Below the pieces are notes generated by a model. That model searched no databases and was not told the DNA's origin. It worked only from the letters and a program-made list of their open reading frames with translations. This document shows, piece after piece, positions 29,745 to 36,605 of a stretch of 42,853 nt of DNA (position 1 is its first letter; every line of letters starts with the position of its first letter). The translations under genes and the position numbers were made by a program. This stretch comes from a bacterium (lineage in GTDB: Bacteria; Patescibacteriota; Minisyncoccia; Minisyncoccales; UBA10102). The stretch lies in the NCBI GenBank assembly GCA_027624865.1, contig JAQBTT010000003.1, positions 1-42,853 on the forward strand, in the 5' to 3' direction.

Positions 29745-31492
29745 TATACCTCAATAATGACAGGGAGCACCATGGGATGACGGTTCATTTTCTTTTGCAA
29801 AAAGTTTGCAACTTCCTTCTTTATGTCATCTCGTACATGTACCCAGTTTACTGCTCCCTCAGCTTCCGATGCTTTATTTACAACGCTCACAACTCTACGC
29901 CGTACATCTCGCAAAAGGTCCTTGGATTCCCTTAGGTAGATAAAGCCACGGGAAATAATATCAGGGGAGCCTTGTACTGTTCCTTTTTGGCGATTTACCA
30001 CAACGATAATAACGAACATGCCATCTTTGGCAAGGTTCTGACGGTCTCGCAAAACAATCTCCCCAACGTCTCCTACTCCAAGGCCATCTACCATGATGAG
30101 GTTTGTAGGAACTGTCTTTTTATCAATAGAGATTTGAGAGGAAGTTAGATTCACAATATTTCCATTTTCTGGAACCACAATATTGCTTTCAGGGATACCT
30201 TCTTCCTTTGCAAGATCAGCATGAGTGTACATCATGGAGAATTGTCCATGAATTGGCATGAAGAACTTAGGCTTTATATATCCTATGATTTCTCGCAATT
30301 CTGCTTGTCCAGCGTGTCCTGAAGCATGAATATCCATCATCTTGTAGTGGAAAACAGTGGCCTGCTGGCGGTAGAGTTGATCTTTCACAAATTGAACGGT
30401 TCGTTCGTTTCCTGGAATAACAGAGGAGGAAAAGATGACAGAGTCACCTTTATGGATACGCAAAAGTTTGTGCTCTTTGTTAATGACACGCATCAATACT
30501 GCATTTTCCTCTCCCTGAGCTCCAGTAGAAAGAATAGTTATCTTTTCTTCGGGGTATGTGAGAAGCTCTTTTGTTGTAAGTATGGTTCCACTCTTTGCTT
30601 TAATGTACCCAAGTTGCTTTGCAATCTCTACGTTAGTTTTCATGGAGTACCCTTCAATAGCAACCCTTCTGCCGTGTTTTTCAGACAGCGTTATAATCTG
30701 CTGGATTCGATTGAGCAGGGAACCAAAGGTTGCGGTGATGATTCTCCCCTCTGCCTGTTTGAAAATTTCGTCCAGGTTTTCCATGATGACTTTTTCAGAA
30801 AGAGAATGATTGGGTTGCTCTGCATTTGTGGAGTCTGACATGAGCAGTAATATTTTACTCCTGCCAATCTTTTTCAAGCGTTCGTAGTCAGTTGGGGGAT
30901 CGTTTACCGGATTGTCATCAAACTTAAAGTCTGATGTGTGGACGATATTTCCCTGCGAGGTGGTGATAACAAATCCAAAGTTATCATTGATGTTATGATT
31001 TTGACGGAAAGGCTCTACGGAAAATGGCCCTATCTTCAGTATCTTTGCGTCCTCCACTGGAAAGATTTTTAGCTTGGGTTGTGCAGTGAAATCTTCTTGG
31101 CGCTTTGAAAGAATACCCTTGGCGAGGGGAGAGGCATACATAGGAGGGTTCCCAAGCTTTCCCACCAGGTAAGGGATAGCTCCAATATGGTCTAAGTGAC
31201 CATGGGTTATGAGAATTCCAACAATGTCTTTCTCTCTCCCCTTAAGAGAGATGATGTTTGGAATGATGTAGTCAATTCCTGGCATGTCTTCATCTGGCAT
31301 ACGAAGACCCATATCAACGATGAGGATTTTTCCTTTATCCTCAATAACCATCATGTTTTTTCCAACCTCTCCAAGTCCACCCAGTGGAGTAATTTTTATC
31401 CCAGGAGTGGCCGGCTGTTTTGTGTGTTGCTGCACAGCAGTCTCTACTCGTTTTATCGTAGGGACTACTTGTCTTGTTTGTGTTTGTATCAT
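29744..31492 (-). CDS. rnj: Ribonuclease J
   Basis: PLGGLGEVGKNM, THGHLDHIG, DSTNA, HASGHA. Confidence 0.97.
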   Translation of the reverse strand: MIQTQTRQVVPTIKRVETAVQQHTKQPATPGIKITPLGGLGEVGKNMMVIEDKGKILIVDMGLRMPDEDMPGIDYIIPNIISLKGREKDIVGILITHGHLDHIGAIPYLVGKLGNPPMYASPLAKGILSKRQEDFTAQPKLKIFPVEDAKILKIGPFSVEPFRQNHNINDNFGFVITTSQGNIVHTSDFKFDDNPVNDPPTDYERLKKIGRSKILLLMSDSTNAEQPNHSLSEKVIMENLDEIFKQAEGRIITATFGSLLNRIQQIITLSEKHGRRVAIEGYSMKTNVEIAKQLGYIKAKSGTILTTKELLTYPEEKITILSTGAQGEENAVLMRVINKEHKLLRIHKGDSVIFSSSVIPGNERTVQFVKDQLYRQQATVFHYKMMDIHASGHAGQAELREIIGYIKPKFFMPIHGQFSMMYTHADLAKEEGIPESNIVVPENGNIVNLTSSQISIDKKTVPTNLIMVDGLGVGDVGEIVLRDRQNLAKDGMFVIIVVVNRQKGTVQGSPDIISRGFIYLRESKDLLRDVRRRVVSVVNKASEAEGAVNWVHVRDDIKKEVANFLQKKMNRHPMVLPVIIEV

Positions 31493-31514
31493 AGTTATAA
31501 GTTAGTTATTATTT

Positions 31515-31581
31515 TGGTGCCTAGGGCGAGACTTGCCATATCATTCGATATGGCACCCTATCGGATGATAGGGTGAACTCA
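31515..31581 (-). pseudogene. tRNA 3'-half remnant with a 40-nt double-hairpin insert in the T-loop
   Basis: Minus strand: gagttc-[40 nt]-aagtctcgccctaggc-ACCA. Confidence 0.7.
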
Positions 31582-31585
31582 TCTG

Positions 31586-31667
31586 TGCTCTCGGTGGGAT
31601 TTGAACCCACAAGCCCTGCGGCATACGGTTCTGAACCGTACGCGTATACCAATTCCGCCACGAGAGC
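31586..31667 (-). tRNA. tRNA-Leu(CAG); CCA not encoded
   Basis: gctctcg acceptor stem, tggcggaattggtatacgcg D arm, tacgg-tt-CAG-aa-ccgta anticodon arm, long variable arm, gtgggttcaaatcccac T arm. Confidence 0.95.
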
Positions 31668-33674
31668 CTAGAAATTCCAAACTCTTTTTGTTTTAATGTA
31701 CCAATCTAAAATTCCAGAAAATCTCTGTGAAGGCTCAGATAGAAGTTGTCCTGCAATCCCCTTGATATCTTTTGTGGCAACATATTGGTATGGCAAATCA
31801 TAGAGAGCTATTGCAGGCATATCTTGCGAGAGCAGTTCTTGCAATTGAAATAGAAAATTACTTCGCTCGCTCTCATTGAGGGTTCTGCGAATTTGCTCCA
31901 AAAGAGTATCAGCTGCTGCGCTGTCGTACCCAGAAAGATTGAGTCCTGGGTCTTTTGTTTGAGAGGAGTGCCAAAAGGGAAGAGGGTCTGGAACTCTGCT
32001 GAGAATCTCTCCAAATAGGAGTACTTCAAAGTTCCTTGGTTTTAGCACATCTCGCTCCATTTCACCAGGGGCAAGGAGATTTATTTCAGTTACAATCCCT
32101 AGCTCCTCCCATGAGGATGCTATGAAGGAAGCTACGTCTTTTAATGGAGATTGATCCAACGTAGTAAGAATAAGTCGCAATGGTGCGTCTTCCTTTGCAA
32201 TGGAGCAAAGCTCATTTAGCTTGTCGCGAGTTGAAGGACCTACTGTTCCTGTTCCTTTTTTTAGCCCAAAAGGAGCTAGGACATCCTCTGCATATTTTTC
32301 TTGAAAGGTAATCACTGCTTTTTGAGTTGATGGACCAAACACTCCATTTGTAGTGCCCAATGGGTATACCTCAGGATCGCGGGCTAAACATTCTTGCAGG
32401 GCAGTAACTAAAGGACCTTGATTCCCTTGGCGAAGGTCCTTTGAAAATTCACTGGACACAAAAACCTTTACCAGGTCTCCTGATTCTGTTTTTTGATACC
32501 CTTCTTTGCCAAAGAGCGCGAGCGCTTCCTCAATATTTTTTACAACAAAAGGAGGAGCGGGAAAGGAGAATAGGTCAGGGCGCAAAAGAGAGGAGAGGAG
32601 AATTGCATTCCCATCAAATATTTTTGTATTCAGTTCTTCCTGGTCAAGGCTTACGGCAAGCGCCTCTCGTATGTTTTGCTCTGTAATTGGGGAGTTTGAC
32701 TCAAGGTTAAAGAAGAGTGAGTAGGAGCGAGGGATAGAGAACTCATATATCTTGAGTGCAGGATTGCGAAGGCGTCCTGGAGAAGGGTTCTCCAGAGAAA
32801 AGCTCTGCAGCTTTCCAGCATCAGCGGTGCGCAGTAGTTCTTCTTCTGTTGCAAAGAACTTGAATATGAGTTTTGCAATGTATGGTCCTTCAAGATGATA
32901 TTTTGCATTAATCTTCAATTCCACTTCACTCACCGAGCCTGACTTGGTGCGCTCTACATTTATTAGGCGATAGGGTCCAGTTCCTACAGGCTGGAGGTTG
33001 TATATAGAGAGGGCAAAGTTTTCAGGGCTAATATCTTCCCATATATGTTTGGGAATAATTTTTAATGTGAGGCGTTCAGGAAAGGAAGCAAAAGGATCCT
33101 TTAAGATAAAGCGTATTTTTGTGGGAGATATCTTTTGAATGTTCACCCCTACCCAGTTTGCTCGCACTGGGGACTTATAGCGAGGGTCTTGAATAGTTTG
33201 CACGGTAAAGAGAACGTCATCTGCATCAAATCCATACCCATCATGCCATCGTACATCTTCCTTCAAGTTTACCTCAAATATTCTTCCACCTTCTAGGATG
33301 CTGTAATCCTTTGCAAGGTCGGAGATGAGGTTCCCTGTATTATCATACCGAAGTAGTCCAGAGAAGATAAGTTGACTGAGACTTCTATCAACGTCATTTA
33401 CCTGTGCATACACTGGGTTTAAAAATCGAGGGGAGCCTATCATCCCTTCAGTTACTGTTCCTCCTCGCGTTGGCGTGAGCACGGTGTAGGTCATGTATAT
33501 ATTAGAAAGCAAGAACAGAAAAGAGCCAAAGAACACAACTGACAAAAGAAGCACTCCCTTTTTTTCTTTTGTGGAAAGCACCAAAGGGAGTTTTTTTATC
33601 TGACTAAAAGAAGGGAACTTAGTGTTCCGCAAAAAATCAGCAAGGTTGTTTATGAGAGGAAATTTTGGAAGCAT
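31668..33674 (-). CDS. Family 5 ABC (oligopeptide) substrate-binding protein with an internal peptidoglycan-binding-like domain
   Basis: LIFSGLLRYD, WHDG..FDADDVLFT, PVGTGPY; insert LRQGNQGPLVTALQECL...GVFGPSTQKAVITFQ. Confidence 0.85.
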   Translation of the reverse strand: MLPKFPLINNLADFLRNTKFPSFSQIKKLPLVLSTKEKKGVLLLSVVFFGSFLFLLSNIYMTYTVLTPTRGGTVTEGMIGSPRFLNPVYAQVNDVDRSLSQLIFSGLLRYDNTGNLISDLAKDYSILEGGRIFEVNLKEDVRWHDGYGFDADDVLFTVQTIQDPRYKSPVRANWVGVNIQKISPTKIRFILKDPFASFPERLTLKIIPKHIWEDISPENFALSIYNLQPVGTGPYRLINVERTKSGSVSEVELKINAKYHLEGPYIAKLIFKFFATEEELLRTADAGKLQSFSLENPSPGRLRNPALKIYEFSIPRSYSLFFNLESNSPITEQNIREALAVSLDQEELNTKIFDGNAILLSSLLRPDLFSFPAPPFVVKNIEEALALFGKEGYQKTESGDLVKVFVSSEFSKDLRQGNQGPLVTALQECLARDPEVYPLGTTNGVFGPSTQKAVITFQEKYAEDVLAPFGLKKGTGTVGPSTRDKLNELCSIAKEDAPLRLILTTLDQSPLKDVASFIASSWEELGIVTEINLLAPGEMERDVLKPRNFEVLLFGEILSRVPDPLPFWHSSQTKDPGLNLSGYDSAAADTLLEQIRRTLNESERSNFLFQLQELLSQDMPAIALYDLPYQYVATKDIKGIAGQLLSEPSQRFSGILDWYIKTKRVWNF

Positions 33675-33727
33675 TACCTATTTTAAGCAAGGCGAGAGCC
33701 AAGCTTTGTAAGCGAAGTGAAAGGTTT

Positions 33728-33943
33728 CTATATAACAAGATTAAGGAGAGCAAGACCAACAAAGAGAATTGCAAGGACAATAGTTGCGTAGTGAAGTTTC
33801 TGTTGCAAGCCACGCTTTGCTCCAAAAGAGCCACCATCTGAGCCTCCAAAGGCGCCCCCCAATCCTCCCCCACGCTGTTGCAGAAGAATAGAAATCACCA
33901 AAAGGACTGCTACTACTATTTGTATTATTGGTAAGTATGACAT
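33728..33943 (-). CDS. secG: Preprotein translocase subunit SecG
   Basis: ILLQQRGGGLGGAFGG between two TM helices; ATG at 33943. Confidence 0.92.
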   Translation of the reverse strand: MSYLPIIQIVVAVLLVISILLQQRGGGLGGAFGGSDGGSFGAKRGLQQKLHYATIVLAILFVGLALLNLVI

Positions 33944-33956
33944 GTATTTTTTAGGT

Positions 33957-34298
33957 TTACACTTTTCCTCTTCCAAATAGGGAAAGGACTATTGTAGCTC
34001 CAGCTACTGCAAGGCCGGTCCATAGAAGAGAAAACAAGTTTGGAATATCAAATTCTGGGAAAATAATATCTAGCACCCACAGTCCCGCAAGAACGAATAC
34101 TGTTAAGATGACGAGTTTTATAATCAAAGAAAAAACATTGAGGAGGGGACGCGATACAATAATGATGATACCAAGAACGCCACCCAACATCAAGAAGCTC
34201 TTTATATCTCCTGTAAAGCTTACTCCTGGGATAAATTCAGTTGCTATCCATAGGCCGGCAAATCCTGCGAGCAGCGAGAGCACAACAGTATGAATCAT
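33957..34298 (-). CDS. 4-TM 'phage holin family' (DUF360/YvlD-like) membrane protein
   Basis: LWIATEFIPGV...LGIIIIVSRPLL pattern; TATACT 7 nt upstream of ATG 34298. Confidence 0.65.
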   Translation of the reverse strand: MIHTVVLSLLAGFAGLWIATEFIPGVSFTGDIKSFLMLGGVLGIIIIVSRPLLNVFSLIIKLVILTVFVLAGLWVLDIIFPEFDIPNLFSLLWTGLAVAGATIVLSLFGRGKV

Positions 34299-34445
34299 TA
34301 ATAAAAGTATACCTTTTTTCTGTATATACGTCAATCAGACTCTGTCACCTTTTTCGCGTGAAGAAGTCTATGATACGTAATGGTCGCTTGTCGACCAAGT
34401 CTCCTCGCTCCTTAACAACCTTCGGTTTTTAATATTTTTCCACCA

Positions 34446-34634
34446 CGGGGTCAAATACAACTGCTTGTCTTTGACGGGCAATTTAGGCGAAGCTCCTGCG
34501 GAGCCGTTATAAATTGCCCAGGGGTCGCCGTGAGGCGACTACTTTCTTATAATGTACCCGGTGCGTTCTTTCACGCAATTTGAGGACAAATTGCTAGAAC
34601 GCCCGTCCAAGCAAAGCAGTTTGCTTGGACCCCG
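34446..34634. other. 189-nt structured element bounded by 33-bp imperfect inverted repeats (REPIN/MITE or ncRNA candidate)
   Basis: 34447-34479 matches the reverse complement of 34601-34633 at 26/33 positions; three internal hairpins. Confidence 0.6.
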
Positions 34635-34641
34635 ACCCCTC

Positions 34642-35964
34642 CTATGCATTTCGTATCATCGCCTTTTTTCTCAAAAGTCTATGATACGAAATGGCAAAGC
34701 GGTGCGCTTCATCTCGAATATGAAGGAACATATGCTCCAAAGGTCTTGGGAGGTCTTTTAATAGTATTGGTTTTGATTTACCAGGAAAAAATAGTTCATT
34801 TTGTTTTTTTGCCAAAGCCACCACTTGGATGCTGCTGCCTAAGCTAAGCTTAGGCAGCGCTTTGAGGGCTGAGCTGAGCTGACCTTTCCCTCCATCAATA
34901 AGTATAATTTGAGGATAGGGCCATTCGGGGTGGCTGAGACGTCTTTTTACAAGTTCTTCCATCATAGCAAAATCATTTGCCTTACCTGTAATATGTATCT
35001 TGTACTTTCGGTAGTGTTCCTTTGCAGGAACTCCTTTTACAAAGGTAACTTGTGACCCTGTTGATTCCTTCCCTTGAATATTTGAGATGTCGTATGCCTC
35101 AATACGGGTTATTTTTTTTGTAGTGGAAAATAGTTTTGCTAGGTCCTTTTCCATTGTGCTCCAATTTAGGGAAGGTGAGCCTTCAAGAGCAAGAAGTCTT
35201 GCGTGTGAGACAATACGCTCGAGCGCCAGAAATTGATCGCGAAGTTCTACGGCTTTTTCAAAGTCCTGATTCTTTGCGGCAAGGCCCATATCTTTTTCAA
35301 GTTTCTTTAAAACAGAGGTCTTCTTTCCTTTTAAAACAGCAATAAGGCCTTGGATATTTTTTTTGTATTTTTTTGTATCAGGAGCAGGGCCAGGGCAAAG
35401 TTGTAAATGGCAGTACTGGCACAACAAAGGTGGGTGCTTTTTTGCAGTGTACCCAGCTCCACTGCGCTGGGGCTGGGTGTAGTAGGGGAATACCTTGCGT
35501 AGTAATCGTAATACTCGCTTAATTGCCTTTCCCTCTACAAAGGGACCAATGTACTCTGCGGTGCCTAAGCTTAGCTTAGGAGCTCCTAAGCTAAGCTTAG
35601 GCACAACTGGCTGATGCGTCAAAAATACTCTTGGGAGCTCTTCTTTTGTGATAGCAACATAGAAATACTTTTTATCATCCTTCCACATAACATTGTACCT
35701 TGGTTGCCCCTTCTTTATGAGACGAGATTCCAGGAGCAGTGCATCAATATCTGATTCTGTTTTTATATATCCAATTTTCGTCACAGATTTTATAAACAAA
35801 TCATCTCTGTATGTTGGTCCCGTGAAATGGTTTTTCACCCGTTCTTTCAGATTTGATGCTTTTCCTATATATAAGATGGTTTTGGGGGATGACAAAGCAT
35901 ACACGCCGGGTGCCTTTGGGAGTTCATTGAGCTTTGACTTTGGGGAATATATGAATTTCTCCAT
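34642..35964 (-). CDS. uvrC: Excinuclease UvrC (no C-terminal HhH) with three in-frame palindrome inserts
   Basis: GIY-YIG (PGVY..ILYIGKA), RIEAYDISN, LIDGGKGQL, RDEAHRFAI. Confidence 0.93.
   Translation of the reverse strand: MEKFIYSPKSKLNELPKAPGVYALSSPKTILYIGKASNLKERVKNHFTGPTYRDDLFIKSVTKIGYIKTESDIDALLLESRLIKKGQPRYNVMWKDDKKYFYVAITKEELPRVFLTHQPVVPKLSLGAPKLSLGTAEYIGPFVEGKAIKRVLRLLRKVFPYYTQPQRSGAGYTAKKHPPLLCQYCHLQLCPGPAPDTKKYKKNIQGLIAVLKGKKTSVLKKLEKDMGLAAKNQDFEKAVELRDQFLALERIVSHARLLALEGSPSLNWSTMEKDLAKLFSTTKKITRIEAYDISNIQGKESTGSQVTFVKGVPAKEHYRKYKIHITGKANDFAMMEELVKRRLSHPEWPYPQIILIDGGKGQLSSALKALPKLSLGSSIQVVALAKKQNELFFPGKSKPILLKDLPRPLEHMFLHIRDEAHRFAISYHRLLRKKAMIRNA
34834..34858. repeat. Family-A palindrome, in frame in uvrC
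   Basis: gctgcctaagctaagcttaggcagc; encodes LPKLSLGS. Confidence 0.92.
35447..35481. repeat. 30-nt hairpin insert with a 5-bp direct repeat, in frame in uvrC
   Basis: gtgta at 35447-35451 and 35477-35481; stem acccagctcca/tggggctgggt; encodes YTQPQRSGAGYT. Confidence 0.8.
35561..35604. repeat. 44-bp perfect palindrome (family-A doublet), in frame in uvrC
   Basis: gtgcctaagcttagcttaggagctcctaagctaagcttaggcac; encodes VPKLSLGAPKLSLGT. Confidence 0.95.
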
Positions 35965-36012
35965 GACTGCATTGTACCCTTTTTACATGTGAAAGCCCGC
36001 GAAGCAGGGCTT

Positions 36013-36189
36013 TTAGGTGATCCAATGCCATAATCCTTGAAAGATAATTGGCCATGGATCATTGATTATCTCTTGTACCTTCTCGTTGGGGGGAAAGTGA
36101 AAGAGAATGAAAGCTACAATACCGATTATGATGAGTAAAGCAGCTGTCTTTGCTGTATAAATCCATTGTTCTTTTTTTACTCTACTCAC
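36013..36189 (-). CDS. Small membrane protein (58 aa), below the ORF-track cutoff
   Basis: GTG start after AGGAGA; MSRVKKEQWIYTAKTAALLIIIGIVAFILFHF...WHWIT; overlaps the upstream stop; followed by a hairpin at about 35992-36014. Confidence 0.5.
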   Translation of the reverse strand: MSRVKKEQWIYTAKTAALLIIIGIVAFILFHFPPNEKVQEIINDPWPIIFQGLWHWIT

Positions 36190-36475
36190 GAAGTTCTCTC
36201 CTGGTAGTAAATTGTGGGTTGCCCCACAAAGGGATGATGCTTACCAGCATGCCAAATTGTATTGCGAGCTCTTTTAAGAGCCACGTGAGTTTTTTAAGAG
36301 GGGGAAAGAGATTGATTAATTCTCTTTGAGAATGCTTCCATATCTCAATAGGCGCCTCCATATTCTCTGTTGGATGATTAAACATCACAATTGCATAAGA
36401 GACAGGGAGGATGAGCACGAAGACTGCTAATAAGACAAGAAGCTGCACGAACCAGGTTAGCATATCTGAAAACAT
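36182..36475 (-). CDS. Hypothetical membrane protein
   Basis: Strong SD (aaggagg) upstream; N-terminal TM helix. Confidence 0.55.
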   Translation of the reverse strand: MFSDMLTWFVQLLVLLAVFVLILPVSYAIVMFNHPTENMEAPIEIWKHSQRELINLFPPLKKLTWLLKELAIQFGMLVSIIPLWGNPQFTTRRELRE

Positions 36476-36566
36476 GATTATTCCCTCCTTTCTTTATTCT
36501 TATGATAGGTGCCGTGTTACTTTGAGTAAAGCAAAATGACAGGTTTTTGCAAGCCCCAGGTATCTA

Positions 36567-36595
36567 TTGAAATTACTTGCAATATCATGTATAAT
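36567..36595 (+). promoter_or_regulatory. sigma70 promoter of uvrA
   Basis: TTGAAA 36567-36572, 17-nt spacer, TATAAT 36590-36595. Confidence 0.7.
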
Positions 36596-36605
36596 TGTAG
36601 AGTTT

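Noticed and set aside
33957-34298. Prophage suggested by the holin-like gene
   Set aside because: This family is commonly chromosomal, and there are no phage genes nearby.
34438-34480. Permuted tmRNA suggested by tccacca followed by ggggtc
   Set aside because: No T-arm before tccacca and no GGnTTCGA D-loop motif after GGGG.
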